64,000 bases of DNA. It comes from Tetramitus jugosus. Lineage: Eukaryota; Protista; Heterolobosea. Of this stretch, positions 20,750 through 29,362 are shown piece by piece. The notes under the pieces are model-generated. The model was not told where the DNA came from. It ran no database searches and saw nothing but the letters and a program-made list of their open reading frames with translations. Every line of letters starts with the position of its first letter. Position 1 is the stretch's first letter. The DNA is taken from contig OW569357.1 of the NCBI GenBank assembly GCA_937625935.1, forward strand, positions 434,001 through 498,000. Reading direction: 5' to 3'. A program made the position numbers and the translations under genes.

Positions 20750-22612
20750 ATGACCTCCTCTTCCACTGAAACTGACAAGAAAACTCTTCAAAAGCACAAG
20801 CTCTTTGAATTTGAATTTCGGACTGTTTTCGAAAATCCAAAATGTTTCCCCGTTTTTCTCAGTCAAGCTGCCAATGAATACAATGCAGAGATCGTGATCA
20901 TGTTTACCCATCTCGAGTGGTTTCATGCCATGACAGCGGATCGCGCCAACCTTTTTGAGCACTTTATCACGCTCACGGAAAAAAATGGCTCCTCAGGTAT
21001 ACTCAAAGGCGCCAAGCAACGGATACTGGGTCTCGAATTATCCCGATTGGGATTACAACAACAACAACAAAATGGTTCACTGACGGACAGATCAGGCAAT
21101 ACGACTCCAACTTCTCCAATCTCACCCAACAAGCTCGCATCCTTTTTCTCCAGGGTTCGTCATCCGTCTTCCCCATCGACATCACACCAGAGCTTTCAAA
21201 GCGACTTTACAAACATTTCGCTCAATGAAAAGGAACAAGACTTGTGCAACATGTGTGAGCTGTATGCGCACTGTGCGAGCTTGATGGAGGTATTTGTCAA
21301 GAATGGAACAAAGCACGAGGTGAACATTTCTCACGGTGTTCGAAACGATCTGACCATTCGTTGGGAAGAGTTCATGAGATTGTACTATCAATCTGTGGAA
21401 GTCATTATTGGACACAATGAACAGGAAGCTGAGTCGTCATCTGCTGCTTCTTCATCCTCGCAAGCCAATAACACGACACAGCATGAAGAATATTTATTGT
21501 GTGACTCTGCACAGGAGCTCAAGAAGCAGTGTGCTCTCTTGTTTAACAGTTGCCGTTTGGCACTGGAGATGACCTTGTCTGATGACATGTTTCCGCGATT
21601 CAAGAGATCAAAGACTTGGCTCAAATTTGTTCAGTCGTGTTCATTGGACGAAATTGCAAAGTTTGGTGAAAATAGAGCCTCTTCGACAATTGAACCATTG
21701 CGGCTATCGTTGGAAGATATGGCAAGATCAATGATCACTCCAAAGGATGTCTCTCTCGCTCGTGTTATCCTCAGAGATTACTACCATTGGAAAGTATTGA
21801 AACAGAAGAAGTTGGCACTTTACTACTCTGACATTCGATTTTTGCAGAATGATGCATTGGGAGTACATGGTCACTTGAATGCATACAAGACGACTTATGA
21901 GTTCAACACAACTGCTGCCAATTTTGCTGCCATGTTTCTGTCGAAACAGTACTATACAGCCATCTCAGAGATGGAAGTGGATTGTGTTGCCTACATTCCC
22001 ATGGAGACAAGACCGGTCACTCCAAACACTCCCTCTGCTGCCAACGTTGCCAACATGGTCTTCCCTGTCACTGGCAGTAGCAGTACGACGAATGCACGTA
22101 ACATCAATAACATTCTGTCGAATCGCACGAGAGATACTCTCGAACAACCAAAGGAGATTATTCACTATGGATCAACAGTGCTGTACGAGAAGAAGAGTAC
22201 CGCGTTGGTCAAGAGAGAGTTTGTACAGACGAGTACAGTGTTTTATGAACCAGGAACCCGTTCCTATTTCTATGTATTCAAGTATTGTGAACACAAGGAT
22301 CTACCAGAGGTCGTCAAGGGATTTGTCAGAGGAGTCTCTTATGGTGTGGCTTCCTTTACTGAGAATGCTGGCAAGTGCCGCTACAATTCTGTTTTCATGG
22401 TCAACTTAAAGGGATTAATGGCGTCCAAGAAAGAGAAACCTGGCCTTCTGGCTCGTCAAGGTGTTGCCTATCACACCAAAGGAACCATCAAGAAGATGGA
22501 AGAGTATGTCGAAGAAGCCAGAAAGGTTAACTTCCAGTTGGAAGACGATCTGCAATTGATGCGTCCTCTGCGAGAGTACTGTGCTGAATTCCAGATTGTG
22601 CCAGAAGTATAA
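20750..22612 (+). CDS. RGS domain + START-like domain protein
   Basis: RGS: FPVFLSQAANEYNAE, FVKNGTKHEVNISH, LSDDMFPRFKRSKTW. START-like C-terminus: KREFV, EHKDLP...GFVRG, MVNLKG. Confidence 0.8.
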   Translation: MTSSSTETDKKTLQKHKLFEFEFRTVFENPKCFPVFLSQAANEYNAEIVIMFTHLEWFHAMTADRANLFEHFITLTEKNGSSGILKGAKQRILGLELSRLGLQQQQQNGSLTDRSGNTTPTSPISPNKLASFFSRVRHPSSPSTSHQSFQSDFTNISLNEKEQDLCNMCELYAHCASLMEVFVKNGTKHEVNISHGVRNDLTIRWEEFMRLYYQSVEVIIGHNEQEAESSSAASSSSQANNTTQHEEYLLCDSAQELKKQCALLFNSCRLALEMTLSDDMFPRFKRSKTWLKFVQSCSLDEIAKFGENRASSTIEPLRLSLEDMARSMITPKDVSLARVILRDYYHWKVLKQKKLALYYSDIRFLQNDALGVHGHLNAYKTTYEFNTTAANFAAMFLSKQYYTAISEMEVDCVAYIPMETRPVTPNTPSAANVANMVFPVTGSSSTTNARNINNILSNRTRDTLEQPKEIIHYGSTVLYEKKSTALVKREFVQTSTVFYEPGTRSYFYVFKYCEHKDLPEVVKGFVRGVSYGVASFTENAGKCRYNSVFMVNLKGLMASKKEKPGLLARQGVAYHTKGTIKKMEEYVEEARKVNFQLEDDLQLMRPLREYCAEFQIVPEV

Positions 22613-22823
22613 ATAAACCCAACAACATCTGAGGATTCGGAACAGCGATATCTGCATGAAACCTGTCGCTGTCAACTGTCGCTGTTCCAAATCAACATCA
22701 AAATAATTGAACAAGTTCAGAGAATATCCCCTTCAGTAAAAACACCAAGATTGACATTTAATTACCCCAGATAACACAAACGAACAACACAATCAACTCT
22801 TTTCCACCTTCGCCGATCATATC

Positions 22824-23579
22824 ATGTCGTCCAAAGTCATTACCATTCCGTTCAGTGAGGAATCGATTCAAGCATTTAAACAGGTCATGCAGAACAAACT
22901 GGAACAATTCAAGAGTGAAGCATGTACCGACAGTCGTCAAATCTGGAAATTCGACAGTGAAGTCAACGGTGTTCAAAGGTATCGCAAGATTTCTGCCCCG
23001 GATGATCCCCATGCGACATACAAGGGCAAATATTGCATCACTGATGCACAAATGACAGCAAGGCAGTTCACACACTGGATCAAGTCTGTGGGTGAGAATG
23101 TCACGCTGAAAAAACAAAGAATTTCATCTCCGATCCTCGAGAGTAACATTATCGAGTGTGAGCTGTTGAACAAGGGCGAGGACAGCAAGCAGAGAGTGTA
23201 CACGATGGAGCAATTGTTGGTGGAAACACCGTCGTCTCTCGTGTCCAACAGAGAATTCTATATTATTAGTGTGTTTGAATTTGTGTCGGATGATGAAGCT
23301 TTCTATGTGCAGACGAGTATCGAACATGAGCTTTTGCCTGATACATCGGGTTTTGTTCGAGCTACTCTGAAGATTAGTGGATGGCATATTGAGAAGAGCA
23401 AGAGTCAAGGAACGGAAGATTACGAATCCAACACTGATCTCAATGCAGTGTTCTTGTCTCAAGTAGACACTGGAGGATGGTTGCCTGCATGGATTGTGAA
23501 TACAGCAGCACCAGAGCAAGTGTTGGTCATTGAGAAGTATGCCTCACTATTGAAGGAAACGCGCAACAACAACAAATAA
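22824..23579 (+). CDS. START lipid-binding domain protein
   Basis: VSNREF, SIEHELLP..SGFVRA, SGWHIE, QVDTGGWLPAWIVN. Confidence 0.9.
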   Translation: MSSKVITIPFSEESIQAFKQVMQNKLEQFKSEACTDSRQIWKFDSEVNGVQRYRKISAPDDPHATYKGKYCITDAQMTARQFTHWIKSVGENVTLKKQRISSPILESNIIECELLNKGEDSKQRVYTMEQLLVETPSSLVSNREFYIISVFEFVSDDEAFYVQTSIEHELLPDTSGFVRATLKISGWHIEKSKSQGTEDYESNTDLNAVFLSQVDTGGWLPAWIVNTAAPEQVLVIEKYASLLKETRNNNK

Positions 23580-23870
23580 AGCATCATGAATGTGACTTCT
23601 GTAGTTCATGTAGTTGTGCAGCTGAACGCTCCGTTGGGACGAGCTTTTTTCTTTCCCAGGACATGCTCTTGAACAAAAGAGGAGTAACCAACTGTCGCCC
23701 CAAAAAAAAACATCACCTGTTCCATGTCGGGTAAGGTCCGCCCTGAAGTACGGAATTTATAAATACGATGGATCATCCAGAAGATGGTGGGGACCACTAC
23801 CAAGACAACCAACCATCCACATCACACAGAACAGTTTCTGAAACCATCATTAACAACAACAAGATAAATC

Positions 23871-24857
23871 ATGGGAAATCAATTACAAGCTGAAAATCGG
23901 CAACTGTCCGTATCTGTTGAATCAGATTTGCCACCTAAGCGATCATTAACTGACTGGGATGACAGTGAACTATTGTTGAGAGTCAAGTTACTGCAGAGTC
24001 CTCAAATGGATGGTCCTTGCTCTGAAATTACTCGCTACATGCACAGTATGGCACTCGAAAGAGAAAACAACAGCAACAACAATAGAGAAAATGTTGCTTC
24101 ATCGGCATCACTGCCACAACAAGAAGGTAGTTCCACGAATGATAACACACGGAGAAGATCACTGACATCTTCGTTTCCAAGTGCCAGAAACAATAACAAC
24201 GGTAGGCTAGTGTCTCGCTTGTACGATGAAGAAATTGGTAGTCTGTATTGGAACATTTGTGCTCTGAGCTACTTGGACAATACGTACTCCAAATGTATGA
24301 TGTCTCGTTTCGGATCCAATCTTGTCAATGACACTGTGAGAGAGTTTTATCGAAACGTTAGAGGTGGTCCTTCTGTGATGGGAACAGAGACGGGTATGAG
24401 CCAAGTGGTTTCAGCTGCTGATGAGTGCCTTTCTCCAGAGTTGAATCGCTCGTTTAGTCATCGTTTGACTCAACTTACATCGAGTGATGTGAGTGATCAA
24501 CTGTTGTCTCAAGAGTTTGAACCAATGGTCTATCAATCCACTACATCACTCGACATTGTCGATGTGTCAAAGGGGCAAGTGAAACGGAAATTGCAAGACA
24601 CGAGAGCAGGTGCCTGCAAGCAATATGCATCTCCTAATCTTCGTTCGAGCTCTGATGATAATTCACTGAACTTTGCCTACCAGTACACAAGGTTTCAACA
24701 GTGCGCAATTGCAAACATGTGTGCCAATGAGATACGGTCTTGTATGGAAAGCAAATCCGATGGCTCATTTTCAACATGTTTCGCCTCGAGAGACTACGGC
24801 AGTAAGATGGAGAGATGTGTAAGCAAGGTGAGGGAATCTTTTGAACAACAATCGTAG
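23871..24857 (+). CDS. Hypothetical protein with possible N-myristoylation (MGNQ) and Cys-rich C-terminus
   Basis: 328-aa ORF after an A/C-rich leader; MG start; five spaced Cys in a helical-looking C-terminal region. Confidence 0.65.
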   Translation: MGNQLQAENRQLSVSVESDLPPKRSLTDWDDSELLLRVKLLQSPQMDGPCSEITRYMHSMALERENNSNNNRENVASSASLPQQEGSSTNDNTRRRSLTSSFPSARNNNNGRLVSRLYDEEIGSLYWNICALSYLDNTYSKCMMSRFGSNLVNDTVREFYRNVRGGPSVMGTETGMSQVVSAADECLSPELNRSFSHRLTQLTSSDVSDQLLSQEFEPMVYQSTTSLDIVDVSKGQVKRKLQDTRAGACKQYASPNLRSSSDDNSLNFAYQYTRFQQCAIANMCANEIRSCMESKSDGSFSTCFASRDYGSKMERCVSKVRESFEQQS

Positions 24858-25118
24858 AAAAGGGAAGTGTAGTTCTTAGCATGTAAATAAAAGGAGATTT
24901 ATAGCAGAACGAGCGAATTTCTAAGGAGGTTTCACCCACAATCGATCTATATCATCCCGACCGTTGTCCACCGTTTACGACACCTTCCCCGATTCAAACG
25001 GTTCTAGAATCTCCGCGGTATTGTTCCAAACCAATTAGCCGTACGGCTAATATCCTTGTGTTTATTTTTCATTGTTTGCATGTGCGCAACTTTACTTCCA
25101 TCACCCAATAGATATCGT

Positions 25119-26321
25119 ATGGATAATAGTGAAAGAAACCACATGTATCACAACGACAAGAAGACCATTGCTACAGATTTTGGTCCTAGTGATCCCCAAT
25201 CTGACTCCCACTTTTCTCTTTCCTTGCGTTCTTCACCTCTTCCTATCATCGATAGAAGAACGAGTGGTGGGAATGTGTCGAATAATCTAGGTCAGACCTT
25301 TGGCTTGGATCATGGTGGTGAGGGTAATGCTGAGAAAAAGGTATCTCCTTCCACCTCGAGTAATTCTGTCCTTAATCATTCAGCTTCTCTCTCCTCAATC
25401 GACATTAATGTTTCTATTATCGTCATACGGCAGTATTGCACTCGATTGATTTCGTGGAGAGGCTTCAGTATGGAGTCCATCTTCCATCCTCATGTTGCTT
25501 CTATTGTGTTAGATCGGAAGAAGAGAGAGGAGACACTAGCTAATTCAATGGACTATGAAGCGGTGAGCAATCTGGTTTTGCACAATAATCATGTTCACTA
25601 TGACAAGGAGAACAACGACTTGAGCTCTTCTCCCCCTCATCCCACTAGATTGAGATCTGACAATGCTGTTGCAAGACTTTCAGTTCTTAGTTTGGAGAAC
25701 AAGTGGGACATATTGAGTCACATACACGAATCGTATTGCTCCTACGAGAACGAGAAATCCAGGAGGTTGGAGGAATTGATAAAACTGATTCACGAGGACT
25801 CGTTTGTTGTTTCCTCCGTGGAAAAGTGGTGGGAGTATCTCAAGAATGGAAGAACAGTAGCTCACAGGAAAGCTCTAACTTATACATTACTTAAGATTGT
25901 AGATATTCTAGTACCTTATTCGATTTGGTCTCCCTCAGGGAAAGTGGCTGCAATCCAGGAGGATACACGAAGAATACTAAAAAACAATCGGCTTGTGGAG
26001 TTCAATCACTTGCAAGACACTTTGATGATGTTGTGTGATAATTGGGTCAACATGCGCAAAAGACATGACATCAATAACATTATGGAAATGTCCAGAGATC
26101 ACGCAAAGTCTATTGCGATGCAGTACCATTGTTTTCTGGATGATTTATTGACTAAAGTGGTTCCTATGAACATTAAAAGAGAGTCTCCGAGCGAAGCTCT
26201 TTCATCAACCGCACCACCTCTTGCAAGAACTCAATCTCTACAACATCGAATTCAGCAGCAGTGGAAACACAATAAGTCCATTTCCTTCTCACAAATGGTC
26301 TGGACCAAGGAAGCAGAGTGA
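25119..26321 (+). CDS. Hypothetical protein, possibly with a degenerate EF-hand-associated helical domain (both ends uncertain)
   Basis: Long open frame; pattern WW...Y.LLKIVDILVP...IQED...LMMLCDNWVN...Y..FLDDLL. Confidence 0.55.
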   Translation: MDNSERNHMYHNDKKTIATDFGPSDPQSDSHFSLSLRSSPLPIIDRRTSGGNVSNNLGQTFGLDHGGEGNAEKKVSPSTSSNSVLNHSASLSSIDINVSIIVIRQYCTRLISWRGFSMESIFHPHVASIVLDRKKREETLANSMDYEAVSNLVLHNNHVHYDKENNDLSSSPPHPTRLRSDNAVARLSVLSLENKWDILSHIHESYCSYENEKSRRLEELIKLIHEDSFVVSSVEKWWEYLKNGRTVAHRKALTYTLLKIVDILVPYSIWSPSGKVAAIQEDTRRILKNNRLVEFNHLQDTLMMLCDNWVNMRKRHDINNIMEMSRDHAKSIAMQYHCFLDDLLTKVVPMNIKRESPSEALSSTAPPLARTQSLQHRIQQQWKHNKSISFSQMVWTKEAE

Positions 26322-26711
26322 TACTTGAAAGATCCAATTCGAACTGGTTGCCTTTCATAGAGATACGATGAATTCTAACTGCTGGAAATCAAAGAAGGAC
26401 AAGATGAGCAAGGAAACCTCAATGGGCAGGTTAAAGGAGTCGAATCCCTTGAAGTTATATTCATTTCCCAAAAGAAGTTCTACACTAAATTAACTCATTT
26501 TCTTGGTCCTTGTTGCTATCCTTTCTGTAATTTTAGAGTCATCAGGAAGTTGTGATAACGAACGGTGTATTTTTTTCGTATTTTTAGGTCAACCTACTTC
26601 CTTGAATATTCGGCCAAGGAATACAACCTGCTGTATATCTTCTTAAGAGTCTCCAGGAGAACTTAACCAATTCAAAACAACAAACATAAGAAGTACAGTT
26701 GAACTGATAGA

Positions 26712-27689
26712 ATGAAAATCATTGTTGCACTACTCGTCTTGATTGCTCTTGTCGCTTTCGCAGTTGATCCTTCTACTGCCTCCAGAGTTAGAAAAACTCG
26801 TTCTGTAAAGACTGGTTATACTTGTGGTGGAGTTACATGCCCTCCTGGTGATCTTTGCTGTTCCAATAACTATATTGGATCCTTCAGAAACCAGTGTTAC
26901 AGCCCAAAGACTCACCACTGTATTCCTGACGATTTCCGACCAGCTCAGAACTGTCTCTGTGGAAAGTATGATGGTTGCTGTAATGAGGTCTGCTTTGATG
27001 CCAAGTTTTACACCTGCGATCGCCATACTGGTCAATTGAAGCCTATTTCTCAAACTCCTCCTCAACCCTCTCATCCATCTTGTAAGAAACACTGCCCAGA
27101 GAAGTCCTATCCACCTCCAGAGCCTACTTACTCAGAGCCTACCTATCCATCTCCATCTCCTTCCTATCCTGAGCAGAGCTGCCCAGAGGAATCTTATCCA
27201 ACACAACCAAGTTACCCTGCTGAGTCAAGCTACACTACCGAGTCAAGTTGTCCTGAAGAGTCATATCCTACACAACCAAGTTATCCTGCTGAGTCAAGCC
27301 ATCCAGTTGAACCAAGCTACCCTGTTGAGTCAAGTTGTCCTCAAGAGTCATACCCAACTGAACCAAGCTACCCTGCTGAGTCAAGTTATCATGCTGAACC
27401 AAGCTGCCCTGAAGAGTCCTACGCCCCACAACCTTCTTATTCAAAGCCATCACACAGTGGCACTTGTGGACAATTTCAGTGCGGTTCTCAAGACTTATGC
27501 TGCTCAAACAACGTGATTGGTTTCTATACTGATCAATGCTACTCTCCAAGCACACACCATTGTATACCTGACGAGTACTCACCTAACAAAAATTGCCTCT
27601 GCGGAAAGTACGACGGTTGCTGCAACGGTGTTTGCTTCGATGCAAAGCACTACATCTGCAAGGGAGGATCCATTGTCTGGAAGGGTTAA
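26712..27689 (+). CDS. Secreted protein with two Cys-rich CBM52-like modules separated by a Tyr/Pro/Glu/Ser repeat spacer
   Basis: Signal peptide MKIIVALLVLIALVAFA; two near-identical TCG..C..DLCCSNN.IG...QCYSP.THHCIPD...NCLCGKYDGCCN.VCFDAK.Y.C modules. Confidence 0.8.
   Translation: MKIIVALLVLIALVAFAVDPSTASRVRKTRSVKTGYTCGGVTCPPGDLCCSNNYIGSFRNQCYSPKTHHCIPDDFRPAQNCLCGKYDGCCNEVCFDAKFYTCDRHTGQLKPISQTPPQPSHPSCKKHCPEKSYPPPEPTYSEPTYPSPSPSYPEQSCPEESYPTQPSYPAESSYTTESSCPEESYPTQPSYPAESSHPVEPSYPVESSCPQESYPTEPSYPAESSYHAEPSCPEESYAPQPSYSKPSHSGTCGQFQCGSQDLCCSNNVIGFYTDQCYSPSTHHCIPDEYSPNKNCLCGKYDGCCNGVCFDAKHYICKGGSIVWKG
27095..27450 (+). repeat. Coding tandem repeat, about 18-nt unit (e.g. CCAAGYTAYCCTGCTGAG) encoding [PS]SY[PH]xE / SSCPEE
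   Basis: Recurring YPTQPS-YPAESS-...-CPEES blocks visible in both DNA and protein. Confidence 0.85.
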
Positions 27690-27873
27690 ATTCTGTCAGA
27701 GGGCAAGTGGCGCCACACATGTAAATAATATAGGGATTGTTTTAATGGCAATCTCACAATAAATCATCAACTCCTTTCATGATTCTCTTCTGTGCACCTG
27801 TCCTCTCTTTTTTAAGGTGATACCCCGAGCTTGAAAACAACAACCTTCAAACACAGAACAAACTCCTCAGAAC

Positions 27874-29172
27874 ATGCAAGAAGTTGTGACAATCCAAAAT
27901 CGCATCTTACCAGGGTCTTCTGTGCTGTTGGGCCTAGGATACAGTAACTATGGTGAATTGTGGATCAATGACACACAACATCCAAAGGTGAAGGTAGTCG
28001 GCTGCGAATTCAACCTCCAGGGTATGAAGGAACGAGAGGACGGTTACACCGTGGATCATGGAGCAGATCAGTTCTTGAGGAGTCAAGGTCAGAGACACAT
28101 TAAGCAAATTGCGTGTGGTTCCTTGCATACCCTTCTGTTGGAGTTCAATGGAAGGTGTTGGGCAGTGGGTGATAACGCGGATGGACAATTGGGTCTCGGT
28201 TCAAACAAAAAAGCAAAGTATCCTACGTTGATACGAGGTGATATTGAAAATCAGAGAATAGAGTGTATAGGCACCGGTGGGTGGTTCTCTGCCTTTTTGA
28301 GTGTCACGGGACAGGTGTTCACTTGTGGTAACATTGCTCGCCAGTTTTGGGACAATGATCGTCAGATTATGGTTTCAAACCATGGTGAAAAGAAACAGAC
28401 ACAATATATACCCCGAGCTGTCATCATGAAGGATATTCATGATGGTGTGAATCGAATATGTAAAATTGGTTGTGGTAATCGATTTCTGCTCATGCAAGAC
28501 CTGGCCACAATGAACGTGTACGAATTGGGAAATCCAAACCCTCATCTTGGACGGGAACAAGACGATCCATATCCATCACTCACTCACTACATTCATCCTG
28601 TGACACTCAATAGGAATCTCATTGATTTCCAATGTAAGAAGATCGATGGAGGAGAAATATTTTCAGTTCTGTTGGACTACAAGGGTAATTTGTTCACTGC
28701 AAGTTTGCAAGAAGACTATGTCTGTGTACAATCTCTTCGTACGCGAAATGTACCTGTGATTGATGTTTGTTGTTCCTGGGCTGAGTACATAGCTCTAGAT
28801 GCGAGTGGGCTTGTGCACATTGGCAATGTTGCGCACAAGGAACTTGTTACTCTGCTCTCTTTGGGTCCAATGAAACAAATAGGTGCAGGTATCATTCAAA
28901 TGTACGCTCGTTCTGGCCAGACTGTGTTCAAGATTTCTGAGGGTACAGCAAGTGACCAAACGACACCAGAGCAACTTCAATTTGAGGAGGAAGTCGATCT
29001 GAAGGAGAAGGAATTTATTCAATTGACTGGCTGTTACTTCACAACAATGATACATTTAGCCAATGTGAAGTGCTTGCCACTCATGCCCAACATCCATTCG
29101 TTGCGAATGAGACAAGTTCTGTGCGATGTGACCATTATCTGTGCCGCAAACAACAACGACTATGAAATGTGA
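27874..29172 (+). CDS. RCC1-repeat (beta-propeller) protein
   Basis: IKQIACGSLHTLLL...GRCWAVGDNADGQLGLG, IGTGGWFSAFLSVTGQVFTCG, IGCGNRF, IDGGEIFSVLL. Confidence 0.85.
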   Translation: MQEVVTIQNRILPGSSVLLGLGYSNYGELWINDTQHPKVKVVGCEFNLQGMKEREDGYTVDHGADQFLRSQGQRHIKQIACGSLHTLLLEFNGRCWAVGDNADGQLGLGSNKKAKYPTLIRGDIENQRIECIGTGGWFSAFLSVTGQVFTCGNIARQFWDNDRQIMVSNHGEKKQTQYIPRAVIMKDIHDGVNRICKIGCGNRFLLMQDLATMNVYELGNPNPHLGREQDDPYPSLTHYIHPVTLNRNLIDFQCKKIDGGEIFSVLLDYKGNLFTASLQEDYVCVQSLRTRNVPVIDVCCSWAEYIALDASGLVHIGNVAHKELVTLLSLGPMKQIGAGIIQMYARSGQTVFKISEGTASDQTTPEQLQFEEEVDLKEKEFIQLTGCYFTTMIHLANVKCLPLMPNIHSLRMRQVLCDVTIICAANNNDYEM

Positions 29173-29362
29173 AGCAATCTAATCAGTCATACCCTCCCTG
29201 GAAGTTCAAAAAGGTTTTGAAGGAAACAAACTCCAGAGAGCTTTCACTGGTGTTTCAAGGATCACGAAATGAACATCACAATCACAGCAAAAATTCGTGT
29301 TATCGACCAATAAAAAAAGAAGACACACGTGTGTTCGCACCTTGACTTTTCGCTGGCTAAAA

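Noticed and set aside
23606-23812. 68-aa hydrophobic minus-strand ORF
   Set aside because: Non-ATG start, lies in the promoter region of the next gene, no motif support.
26400-26460. GTCGAATCCC resembling a tRNA T-loop
   Set aside because: No cloverleaf, acceptor stem or A-box.
27095-27450. Regular repeats as a CRISPR-like array
   Set aside because: Degenerate in-frame coding repeats with no unique spacers, no cas genes and a eukaryotic context.
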